Counted from the first letter of the stretch, positions 8,721 through 18,203 are shown. The stretch is DNA of 34,229 nucleotides from Flavobacteria bacterium RIFCSPLOWO2_12_FULL_31_7 (GCA_001800945.1 MGWJ01000022.1:1-34229); one strand, 5' to 3'. The notes: generated by a model from the letters alone, not told the origin. A program made the numbers and translations.

Positions 8721-10568
8721 ATGTGTGGAATCGTAGGTTATATTGGTCATAGAGACGCATATCCAATTATTATAAAAGGATTAAAAAGATTAGAATATCG
8801 TGGATACGATAGTGCTGGTCTTGTTTTATATGATGGTAAAGATTTGAAACTTTGTAAAACTAAAGGAAAAGTTTCCGATTTAGAAGAAAAAGTAGCTAAG
8901 GAAATATCTACTGATGGACATATTGGTTTTGGTCATACACGTTGGGCAACTCATGGAGTACCAAACGATGTAAACTCTCATCCACATTTCTCAAATTCTG
9001 GAAAATTAGCGATTGTTCATAACGGAATTATTGAAAACTATGAGCCGTTAAAAAAAGAATTAATCAAAAGAGGGTATGTTTTTCATTCAGATACAGATAC
9101 GGAAGTTTTAATCAATTTAATTGAAGACGTTCAGAAAACAGATAACTTAAAACTAGGAAAAGCAGTTCAAGTTGCCTTAAATCAAGTGGTTGGAGCTTAT
9201 GCTATTGTGGTTTTTGATGTGAACAAACCAGATGAATTAGTTTGTGCGCGTTTAGGTTCGCCTTTAGCAATTGGTATTGGTGAAGAAGAATATTTCGTAG
9301 CTTCAGATGCTTCTCCATTTATTGAATTTACTTCTAACGCTATTTATTTAGAAGATGAAGAAATGGCCATCATTCGTTTGAATAAACCAATGAAAGTTCG
9401 TAAAATTAAAGATGATTCTTTAGTAGATCCTTACGTGCAAGAATTGCAAATGAATTTAGAGCAAATCGAAAAAGGTGGTTACGAACATTTCATGTTAAAA
9501 GAAATTTACGAACAACCAAACGTAATTAAAGATACTTACAGAGGAAGACTATTAGCTAACAAAGGCATTATTCAAATGTCTGGTGTAGAAGACAATTTAG
9601 AACGATTTACAAACGCAAAACGAATTCTAATCATTGCTTGTGGAACTTCATGGCATGCCGGTTTAGTGGCCGAATATGTTATTGAAGAATTTGCAAGAAT
9701 TCCTGTTGAAGTAGAATATGCTTCAGAATTCAGATACAGAAATCCAATTATTAATAAAGATGATGTGGTGATTGCTATTTCACAATCTGGTGAAACAGCG
9801 GATACTTTAGCGGCAATCAAACTGGCAAAAGAAAACGGAGCATTTGTTTTTGGAGTATGTAATGTGGTAGGCTCATCTATTTCAAGAGAAACTGATGCAG
9901 GTGCTTATACTCACGCTGGACCAGAAATTGGTGTAGCTTCAACAAAAGCATTTACAACTCAAATCACTATTCTTACTCTTTTAGCTTTACGTTTAGCAAA
10001 AGCGAAAGGAACAATGAATCAATCGGATTATCAACGTTATTTGTTAGAATTAGAAATGATTCCAGAAAAAGTTCAAGAAGCTTTACAAACCAATGAGGTG
10101 TCAAAAGCAATTGCTGAGATTTATAAAAATGTACCAAATGCTTTGTATTTAGGTAGAGGATTTAATTTTCCAGTAGCTTTAGAAGGTGCGTTGAAATTAA
10201 AAGAAATATCATATATTCATGCAGAAGGTTATCCTGCTGCTGAAATGAAACATGGGCCAATTGCTTTAATTGACGAACAAATGCCAGTTATAGTAATTGC
10301 TCCTAATAAAGGTCATTACGATAAAGTAGTGAGTAATATTCAAGAAATAAAATCAAGAAGTGGAAAAATCATTGCCGTAGTAACTAAAGGCGATACGCAA
10401 GTGAAAGCTTTAGCAGATCACGTAATTGAAATTCCAGAAACTTCTGAAGCGTTAACGCCATTATTAACCACAATTCCATTGCAATTGTTGTCTTATCACA
10501 TTGCGGTTTTAAGAGGTTGTAATGTAGATCAGCCTAGGAATTTGGCAAAATCAGTGACCGTAGAATAA
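8721..10568 (+). CDS. glmS: Glutamine-fructose-6-phosphate transaminase (isomerizing)
   Basis: MCGIVG, GHTRWATHG, SQSGETADT, ASTKAF, PRNLAKSVTVE. Confidence 0.98.
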   Translation: MCGIVGYIGHRDAYPIIIKGLKRLEYRGYDSAGLVLYDGKDLKLCKTKGKVSDLEEKVAKEISTDGHIGFGHTRWATHGVPNDVNSHPHFSNSGKLAIVHNGIIENYEPLKKELIKRGYVFHSDTDTEVLINLIEDVQKTDNLKLGKAVQVALNQVVGAYAIVVFDVNKPDELVCARLGSPLAIGIGEEEYFVASDASPFIEFTSNAIYLEDEEMAIIRLNKPMKVRKIKDDSLVDPYVQELQMNLEQIEKGGYEHFMLKEIYEQPNVIKDTYRGRLLANKGIIQMSGVEDNLERFTNAKRILIIACGTSWHAGLVAEYVIEEFARIPVEVEYASEFRYRNPIINKDDVVIAISQSGETADTLAAIKLAKENGAFVFGVCNVVGSSISRETDAGAYTHAGPEIGVASTKAFTTQITILTLLALRLAKAKGTMNQSDYQRYLLELEMIPEKVQEALQTNEVSKAIAEIYKNVPNALYLGRGFNFPVALEGALKLKEISYIHAEGYPAAEMKHGPIALIDEQMPVIVIAPNKGHYDKVVSNIQEIKSRSGKIIAVVTKGDTQVKALADHVIEIPETSEALTPLLTTIPLQLLSYHIAVLRGCNVDQPRNLAKSVTVE

Positions 10569-10571
10569 TAT

Positions 10572-10604
10572 AAAAAAGCGAAATAATAAGTATTTCGCTT
10601 TTTT
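10572..10604 (+). terminator. Intrinsic terminator after glmS (bidirectional type)
   Basis: AAAAAA-GCGAAATA-ataag-TATTTCGC-TTTTTT. Confidence 0.85.
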
Positions 10605-10628
10605 ATTGAAAAAAATTCAAAAAATATA

Positions 10629-10660
10629 TTGCATAATTGCATCTAAAAAAACTATCTTTG
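10629..10660 (+). promoter_or_regulatory. Housekeeping promoter for atpD-atpC
   Basis: TTG at 10629-10631, then 21 nt, then TATCTTTG at 10653-10660 (-33/-7 arrangement). Confidence 0.7.
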
Positions 10661-10718
10661 CACTCTGAAAAAAGTATGTTTTTTTTCAATAATTAATAGC
10701 TATTAAATAAATACATAA

Positions 10719-12233
<1,515 letters not shown>

Positions 12234-12237
12234 TATA

Positions 12238-12311
12238 AAGTTAGAAGTTAGAAGTTAGAAGTGGGAAGTTAAGTCTTCTTCTTCAAACTTCTAGCTTCCT
12301 TCTTCAAACTT
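12238..12311. repeat. Heptamer tandem repeat with inverted partner (AAGTTAG / AACTTCT type)
   Basis: AAGTTAG x3, AAGTGGG, AAGTT, followed by the roughly complementary CTTCAAA/CTTCTAG/CTTCCTT/CTTCAAA/CTT. Confidence 0.8.
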
Positions 12312-12319
12312 AAAAAAAT

Positions 12320-12601
12320 ATGATTTTAGAAATAGTATCACCAGAAGCAACCTTATTTTCAGGAGAAGTTACATCTGTGGCTGTTCCAGGAATAAATGGA
12401 GAATTTCAAATGTTAAATAATCACGCAGCTATTGTTTCCTTGTTAACAAAAGGAAATGTGAAAATTAACGCTCAAAATATTAAAATTGAAAAAGAACACG
12501 TTTCTAAATTCACTAAAGTAAATGAGCAAACATTCTGGTTACCAATTAATTCTGGTACTATAGAAATGAATAACAATAAAGTAATTGTTTTAGCAGATTA
12601 A
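12320..12601 (+). CDS. atpC: F0F1 ATP synthase epsilon subunit (short form)
   Basis: LEIVSPE, VPGINGEFQMLNNHA, ends VIVLAD; follows atpD. Confidence 0.95.
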   Translation: MILEIVSPEATLFSGEVTSVAVPGINGEFQMLNNHAAIVSLLTKGNVKINAQNIKIEKEHVSKFTKVNEQTFWLPINSGTIEMNNNKVIVLAD

Positions 12602-12621
12602 TTCAGTTCTTTTATTAAAAT

Positions 12622-12660
12622 AAAAATCCCGGTAAGTGTTTTTCTTATCGGGATTTTTTT
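12622..12660 (+). terminator. Intrinsic terminator after atpC
   Basis: AAAAATCCCGGTAAG-loop-CTTATCGGGATTTTTTT. Confidence 0.85.
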
Positions 12661-12777
12661 ATTTCTACTTTTTTAGATCCGTACTAATAGCAATGGCATT
12701 TTCTGGGATTTATATTTCTCTTAAACTAGTGACAATATTTTATTATATTTTTATTTTCATTTTTGTATTTTTACCGT

Positions 12778-13302
12778 ATGGATAAAACAAAACCTGAAAT
12801 TGTAGAATTATATAACGATAAATTGAATTTTTTCGAGATTTTTTTCTCTTCCTTATTTTATACTTTTTCATTAGTTGCTTTTGTAAGTTATTTCTACTTT
12901 TTATTTAATTCTGGTTTTAGTTATGAGGTTTTTAAAGCCTCACCAGCTTTTTTAACATTAACTTTTGTTTTCCTAAATCCTGCAATTATTATTTCTGAAG
13001 TCAATATTATTAGAGTTAGTACCTCTGAAAAAAAGATTTTTCACACAATTGAAATTTTATTTTACAAAAAAAATAAAGTTATCGAAGCTGAATTTTTTGA
13101 TTACGTTGCGATTAATAAATCCAATTTAGGCTATAATGTAACTTTGTGGTATGAAGGAAATAGAAGGATGGAACTTGTATCTTTCTATAAAAAAGAAAAA
13201 GTATTTAATTATGCTAAAGCAGTAGCAAAAGGAATTAAAACGGATTTGTTAGATAAAACTGACCTAAAAAATCCCATTTGGACAGCATCAAAAGACTTAT
13301 GA
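12778..13302 (+). CDS. Hypothetical membrane protein (2 TM plus soluble beta-rich domain)
   Basis: Two hydrophobic segments. ATG 12778 preferred over TTG 12763. Stop overlaps the bioF start (ATGA). Confidence 0.7.
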   Translation: MDKTKPEIVELYNDKLNFFEIFFSSLFYTFSLVAFVSYFYFLFNSGFSYEVFKASPAFLTLTFVFLNPAIIISEVNIIRVSTSEKKIFHTIEILFYKKNKVIEAEFFDYVAINKSNLGYNVTLWYEGNRRMELVSFYKKEKVFNYAKAVAKGIKTDLLDKTDLKNPIWTASKDL

Positions 13303-14444
13303 AAATCCCAAATCCACTACAACAAAAATTAGATCTTCGTACAGAAACAAATGCTTTACGAAAATTGCCTGTTTCCACTAATGGAATCGATTTTTCTTCT
13401 AACGATTATTTAGGTTTTGCTAAAAGTCTAGAAATTTTCGATAATACACATCAATATTTAGTAGATAAAAATATCAAAGCAAACGGCGCAACAGGTTCTC
13501 GATTAATTTCTGGAAATCATCATTTATATACTCTTACAGAAGATTTTATCGCTCAATTTCATAATTCGGAAGCTTCCTTAATTTTTAATTCGGGTTACGA
13601 TGCGAATGTGGGTTTTTTTAGTTCCGTTCCGCAACGCAACGATATTATTTTGTATGACGAATTATGTCACGCATCCATTCGTGATGGCATCCAAATGAGT
13701 CATGCTAAATCGTATAAATTTCAACATAACGATTATGAAGATTTAGAAAGTTTATTGCGAAAATTTGTCACACTGAGCGGAGTCGAAGTGTCTGTTTACA
13801 TCGTTACGGAATCCGTTTTTTCTATGGATGGTGATGCACCAAACATAGAAACTTTGGTACAGCTTTCCGAGAAATTCAATGCGCTTTTAGTAATTGATGA
13901 AGCCCATGCTTTAGGTGTTTTTGGAGATAACGGTGAAGGATTAGTACAATCTCAGAATCTTCAAAATAAAGTTTTCGCCAGAATTATGACTTTCGGAAAG
14001 GGTTTAGGTTGCCACGGCGCTGCGATTTTAGGAAATACAGATTTAAAAGAATATTTAGTCAATTTTGCCAGAAGTTTTATTTACACAACCGGACTTTCAC
14101 CTCATTCGGTGGCAACAATCTTAATGGCTTATAAAAACTTAAATTCGTCTTTAGAACTTCAAAAACTGAAAAATAATATTAATTTTTTCAACCAACAAAA
14201 ACAATTATTAGGCATAAAACCTTTGTTTGTGTATAGTAAATCTGCGATTCATTCGGCTATAATTCCAGGTAATGAAAAGGTAAAACATATTGCTTCACAG
14301 TTACAAGAAAAAGGTTTTGAAGTCAAAGCAATCCTTTCTCCAACGGTTCCAGAAGGTCAAGAAAGATTGCGTTTTTGTTTGCATAGTTATAATTCTGAAC
14401 AAGAAATTTCCGCCGTAATCACCTGTCTTTACTCGCTTCTTTAA
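13299..14444 (+). CDS. bioF: 8-amino-7-oxononanoate synthase
   Basis: DFSSNDYLG, GSRLISGN, HASIRDG, ESVFSMDGD, DEAH, TFGK (PLP Lys); bioD and bioA nearby; ATG 13299 in an ATGA overlap. Confidence 0.9.
   Translation: MKIPNPLQQKLDLRTETNALRKLPVSTNGIDFSSNDYLGFAKSLEIFDNTHQYLVDKNIKANGATGSRLISGNHHLYTLTEDFIAQFHNSEASLIFNSGYDANVGFFSSVPQRNDIILYDELCHASIRDGIQMSHAKSYKFQHNDYEDLESLLRKFVTLSGVEVSVYIVTESVFSMDGDAPNIETLVQLSEKFNALLVIDEAHALGVFGDNGEGLVQSQNLQNKVFARIMTFGKGLGCHGAAILGNTDLKEYLVNFARSFIYTTGLSPHSVATILMAYKNLNSSLELQKLKNNINFFNQQKQLLGIKPLFVYSKSAIHSAIIPGNEKVKHIASQLQEKGFEVKAILSPTVPEGQERLRFCLHSYNSEQEISAVITCLYSLL
13767..13791 (+). repeat. REP-like palindromic element inside bioF
   Basis: GTCACACTGAGCGGAGTCGAAGTGT: GC-rich in an AT-rich gene, ACACT/AGTGT stem, same architecture as the intergenic copy at 25957-25983. 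Confidence 0.7.
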
Positions 14445-14461
14445 AAAAGAATAATTTTTTT

Positions 14462-14501
14462 TGTAACGTTTTTGTTTTTCGATTACTTACGAGTCGTAAT
14501 C
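14462..14501 (+). promoter_or_regulatory. Candidate ECF-type promoter / operator
   Basis: TGTAAC at 14462-14467, a T-rich spacer, then the inverted repeat GATTAC-N9-GTAATC; heads the operon that contains an ECF sigma factor. Confidence 0.4.
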
Positions 14502-14520
14502 AAATTAAACTATACAAATC

Positions 14521-14727
14521 ATGGAAACAAAAACACAAAGTCCTAATAAAATGCAAATTACGGCAAATTATGTAATGTTATTTTTAGCCACTTTTGGCAT
14601 TGGATATTCAACAGTCAAGTATTTTATTTTAACTAACAATGACACCAATTGGTCTACTATTGCACCGTTGTTTATTATTTCAATAATTGTACTTTTCAGT
14701 TCTTTAAGAAATTTAAGAAGAAAATAG
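14521..14727 (+). CDS. Small 2-TM membrane protein
   Basis: 68 aa, two hydrophobic helices, basic C-terminus, A-rich leader. Confidence 0.7.
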   Translation: METKTQSPNKMQITANYVMLFLATFGIGYSTVKYFILTNNDTNWSTIAPLFIISIIVLFSSLRNLRRK

Positions 14728-14777
14728 TTCGTAATCTAAATTAAAGTTTCAATCATCAAATTTAAATTAATCAAAAA

Positions 14778-15647
14778 ATGAAAAATTATATAAAATTAGC
14801 TGTTGTAACAGGCTTGTCATTGTTATTTAACCAAGTAAACGCTCAATCAGAAAAAATATCTCCAGTAAATGAGAGTATTCAAAATTCGTTACTTTGGGAA
14901 ATTTCTGGTAATGGGTTAGAAAAACCTTCTTACTTATTTGGAACAATTCACATGATTTGCGAAAGTGATTTTTTAATGAAAGAAAAAGTAAAATCTTCTT
15001 TCGAGAAAACGGAAGAATTAGCTTTAGAATTAGATTTTGATGATCCTAAAGAATTACAAAATATGCAAAAATTAGCTGTTTCGCCAATTCCTTTATCAGA
15101 AGCACTAACTAAAGAAGAATACGCAAGACTAGAGGTTTTGCTAAAAAATAAATATGCACTAGAAATTAAACAATTTGAAAATTACAATTTAATTGGTGTG
15201 ATGAGTGTGTTGATGATGAAGCAATTAAACTGTACACCAAAAGTGTACGAAATTGAATTTTTAAAAATGGCAATGAAGCGCAAAAGTATCGTTCATGGAA
15301 TGGAAACAGTAGAAGATCAGGAAAAAGCTTTTGGGGATTCATTTAATAATAAGGAATTTATTGAACAATTAGAAAGTTATGATGCGACTTATTTTGCTGA
15401 GCTAATTCGTTTTTATAAAAATGAAGAACTTGATAAAATTCTGAAAATGACAACTGATGATAAGTTTATGGACGAGGAAGCACAACTTTTTATGTTGGAT
15501 AATCGAAACAAAAAATGGATTCAAAAAATGCCAGAAATGATGCAACAACACAGTGTTTTCTTTGCTGTTGGTGCTGCACATTTACCTGGAGATAATGGTG
15601 TGATTAATTTATTAAAAAAGTCAGGTTATACGGTTAAACCTATCTAA
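14778..15647 (+). CDS. TraB/GumN (Tiki-like) family exported protein
   Basis: Signal peptide; SLLWEISGNGL, SYLFGTIH, GMET, RNKKW, FAVGAAHL. Confidence 0.9.
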   Translation: MKNYIKLAVVTGLSLLFNQVNAQSEKISPVNESIQNSLLWEISGNGLEKPSYLFGTIHMICESDFLMKEKVKSSFEKTEELALELDFDDPKELQNMQKLAVSPIPLSEALTKEEYARLEVLLKNKYALEIKQFENYNLIGVMSVLMMKQLNCTPKVYEIEFLKMAMKRKSIVHGMETVEDQEKAFGDSFNNKEFIEQLESYDATYFAELIRFYKNEELDKILKMTTDDKFMDEEAQLFMLDNRNKKWIQKMPEMMQQHSVFFAVGAAHLPGDNGVINLLKKSGYTVKPI

Positions 15648-15657
15648 AATTTTAGTT

Positions 15658-16161
15658 TTGAAAGTTAAAGAACAAGAATTTTTATCCCGAATTGACAAAC
15701 ATAAAGGTATACTTTATAAAGTTTCCAAAATGTACATGGATACTAGAGACGATCAAGAAGATTTGTTTCAAGAAATAGTTTGTCAATTATGGAAAGCCTA
15801 CGAAACGTTTAAAGGTGAAAGTCAATTTTCAACTTGGATGTACCGTGTGGCGATTAATACCGCAATTATTTTCTTAAAAAAGGAAAAACGAAAGGTGGAT
15901 AAATATGAATTGTCTTCTTCAAATATTCGTGACGAAGAAAGTGATTTTGAAGAAAAAGAAAATCAAATTGAACATTTTTATAAAGCTGTTCAGAAATTGA
16001 AAAAAATTGATAAAGCCATTATTTTTTATCAATTAGAAGGATTTTCACATAAAGAGATTGGAGAAAATTTAGGTATTTCAGAAGGAAATGCCAGAGTCAA
16101 ATTGAATAGAGCAAAAGAAAAATTAAAAGAAATAATTAAAAATCAAGGATATGGATTTTAA
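15658..16161 (+). CDS. ECF RNA polymerase sigma-70 factor
   Basis: EDLFQE, FSTWMYRVAINT (region 2); GFSHKEIGENLGISEGNARVKLNRAK (region 4); TTG start. Confidence 0.93.
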   Translation: MKVKEQEFLSRIDKHKGILYKVSKMYMDTRDDQEDLFQEIVCQLWKAYETFKGESQFSTWMYRVAINTAIIFLKKEKRKVDKYELSSSNIRDEESDFEEKENQIEHFYKAVQKLKKIDKAIIFYQLEGFSHKEIGENLGISEGNARVKLNRAKEKLKEIIKNQGYGF

Positions 16162-16765
16162 TGATATACAAAACGCGTGGAATAACGACAAGAATGAAAA
16201 TGTTACACTTCCCACGAACTTAGAAAAATTGCAAGCCGCAAATACACCGCTAGATAAGATCAGAAAAAATCTAAAAAATGAATTTATTTATCAAATCATT
16301 TCAATCGTAGTATTAGCGTTTGTACCATTACTATATGGGTTTTCAAAGTCTATAACAATTTTATATTTTACTTTGTTTAGCATTTTTGTGGCTATTTGTG
16401 TTTACTATTTGTTAAAACTTTACTTTTTTTATAAAAGAATAAATAACGTTATGTTAAACACGAAGGACAGTTTGTATGAAACTTATTTTGATATTCGATT
16501 GAATATGGAAATCTATAAAACTTTTGGTTTTGCTTTAACGCCTTTTTTAGTCTTATTTTTGGTTGGATTGATGTATTTTGAAATATCTAAAACTCAAGAA
16601 ATTGTTTTAAATAATTTACAAAATTCACATTTAATCATTCTCTTTGTTTTAATTGCTTTTTGTATTTTATTTATGGGAATTGCTTTAGAATGGTGGGTGA
16701 AATACTTTTATGGGAAATATGCCAAGGAAATTAAAAAAGTATTAGAGGAACTGAAAGAACAATAA
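16151..16765 (+). CDS. Probable membrane anti-sigma factor (4 TM)
   Basis: Overlaps the sigma gene by 11 nt; MDFNDIQNAW N-terminus; four hydrophobic segments; ends YGKYAKEIKKVLEELKE. Confidence 0.65.
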   Translation: MDFNDIQNAWNNDKNENVTLPTNLEKLQAANTPLDKIRKNLKNEFIYQIISIVVLAFVPLLYGFSKSITILYFTLFSIFVAICVYYLLKLYFFYKRINNVMLNTKDSLYETYFDIRLNMEIYKTFGFALTPFLVLFLVGLMYFEISKTQEIVLNNLQNSHLIILFVLIAFCILFMGIALEWWVKYFYGKYAKEIKKVLEELKEQ

Positions 16766-16766
16766 G

Positions 16767-16799
16767 AAAAAGCCCGTCAATAAGATGGGCTTTTTTTTT
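16767..16799 (+). terminator. Intrinsic terminator closing the ECF module
   Basis: AAAAA-GCCCGTC-aataa-GATGGGC-TTTTTTTTT. Confidence 0.88.
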
Positions 16800-16813
16800 C
16801 ATAATGAAATTAG

Positions 16814-16821
16814 TAAATTTG
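16814..16821 (+). promoter_or_regulatory. -7 box (TAAATTTG) for the DUF2007 gene and probably bioD
   Basis: TAnnTTTG match 7 nt before ATG 16829. Confidence 0.55.
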
Positions 16822-16828
16822 TTTCATT

Positions 16829-17230
16829 ATGAAAAAATTCACACAAATTGCCAATTATCAATATTCATCTGAAGCTTATTTAATTAAAGGAAAATTAGAA
16901 TCAGAAGGTGTGGAAGTTTTTCTGCAAAATGAAAATACGATAAATACGGATCCTTTATTAAGTAATGCGGTTGGCGGAGTGAAATTGTTTGTGAATTCAG
17001 ATGAAGTTATCAAAGCCAAACAAATTTTATCTTCTATTATTGAGTATTCTGTTGATGATAAAGGACAATTATTAACTTGTCCAAATTGTGGTGCTCAAAA
17101 AGTGGAAATGTTTACGACAATTAAAGACCTTAAATCGTTTTTTGCTTTTCTTTATGGTTTGTTAACGCTATCGATGCCGTTTTATACGAAGCATAAGTAC
17201 AAATGCGAAAACTGTAATTTTGAATTTTAA
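16829..17230 (+). CDS. DUF2007 (putative signal-transducing) protein with split Zn ribbon
   Basis: EAYLIKGKLESEGV, SNAVGGVKLFV; CPNCG...hydrophobic segment...CENC. Confidence 0.8.
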   Translation: MKKFTQIANYQYSSEAYLIKGKLESEGVEVFLQNENTINTDPLLSNAVGGVKLFVNSDEVIKAKQILSSIIEYSVDDKGQLLTCPNCGAQKVEMFTTIKDLKSFFAFLYGLLTLSMPFYTKHKYKCENCNFEF

Positions 17231-17311
17231 ACACAAGTAGATAAAGTTTCACAAAACTTTAATAAACATCTTTGTGAACCTTGCGAAATCTTTGCGAACT
17301 TTGCAGTTAAA
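17226..17311. repeat. Imperfect hairpin of CTTTGCGAA-type 9-mer repeats
   Basis: CTTTGTGAA CCTTGCGAA at CTTTGCGAA CTTTGCAGTTAA, with a left arm AAAGTTTCACAAA complementary to TTTGTGAACCTT. Confidence 0.7.
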
Positions 17312-17322
17312 TAAAAAAAAAC

Positions 17323-17943
17323 ATGAAAGTATTCGTTACCGGAATTGGAACTGATGTTGGAAAAACAATCGCCTCATCCATTATTGTAGAAGCTTTAGAA
17401 GCGGATTATTGGAAACCTATTCAAGCTGGCGATTTAAATCATTCAGATTCACATAAAATTAAATCGTATATCTCCAATCCGAAATCTCAAATTTTAGAGA
17501 ATGCTTACGCTTTACAAACACCTGCTAGTCCACACTTAGCTGCAGCAATTGACGGAATTACTATCGATAGGAATAAAATTATCGAACCTAAAACTAAAAA
17601 CAATCTAGTAGTGGAAGGTGCTGGTGGGATTTTCGTACCATTAAATCATTCTGATTGTGTGATTGATTTAATTCAACCCGATAATAAAGTTGTTGTAGTT
17701 TCTCGTCATTATTTGGGAAGCATCAATCATACCTTAATGACTATCGAAATTTTAAAATCGAGAAATTTAAATGTAGCCGGAATTATTTTTTCAGGTGATG
17801 AAAATCCTTCTTCTGAAAGTATTATTTTAGAAAAAACAGGAATTAAAATGATTGGAAGAATTGATAACGAGCCGTATTTCGACCAAAATGTTATCAAATA
17901 TTACGCAGATTTGTTTAGAGAAAATTTGAATGAATTAGTTTAA
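17323..17943 (+). CDS. bioD: Dethiobiotin synthase
   Basis: FVTGIGTDVGKT, WKPIQAG, PASPHLAA, VEGAGG, LGSINHT. Confidence 0.96.
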   Translation: MKVFVTGIGTDVGKTIASSIIVEALEADYWKPIQAGDLNHSDSHKIKSYISNPKSQILENAYALQTPASPHLAAAIDGITIDRNKIIEPKTKNNLVVEGAGGIFVPLNHSDCVIDLIQPDNKVVVVSRHYLGSINHTLMTIEILKSRNLNVAGIIFSGDENPSSESIILEKTGIKMIGRIDNEPYFDQNVIKYYADLFRENLNELV

Positions 17944-18033
17944 TGCCCAATAACTTTTCATGCTGAAAGCATCTCTCACAAGCTATGTTATAGTCTAATT
18001 TATAAGCAAATTGCCTTTTGAAATTTAGGTTTT

Positions 18034-18177
18034 GCGTTAGTGGGTGCAGTGGCATCCTTTTTAAGTTTATAAAAAAGTACAAATTTTTTATAAATTTAAA
18101 AAGATATAACGGAACTCACGACCTCGTTGTAAAACTAAATTGAATGCTAAGCATATTACTGTGCAACGAGGGAACGC
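18034..18177 (+). ncRNA. Structured RNA / repeat resembling the Flavo-1 RNA motif
   Basis: Nested stems GCGTT/AACGC, TGGGT/ACTCA, CTTTTTAAGTTTATAAAAAA/TTTTTTATAAATTTAAAAAG and CCTCGTTGTA/TGCAACGAGG. The family name is from memory of the motif, not from a search. Confidence 0.65.
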
Positions 18178-18195
18178 CCAATTAAAATGTTTCCT

Positions 18196-18203
18196 TATCT
18201 TTG
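18196..18203 (+). promoter_or_regulatory. -7 box (TATCTTTG) for bioA-ketosynthase
   Basis: TAnnTTTG(CA) match 38 nt before the bioA ATG. Confidence 0.65.

Noticed and set aside
12661-12762. Possible gene remnant between the atpC terminator and the membrane protein gene
   Set aside because: Only very short open frames with no recognisable similarity.
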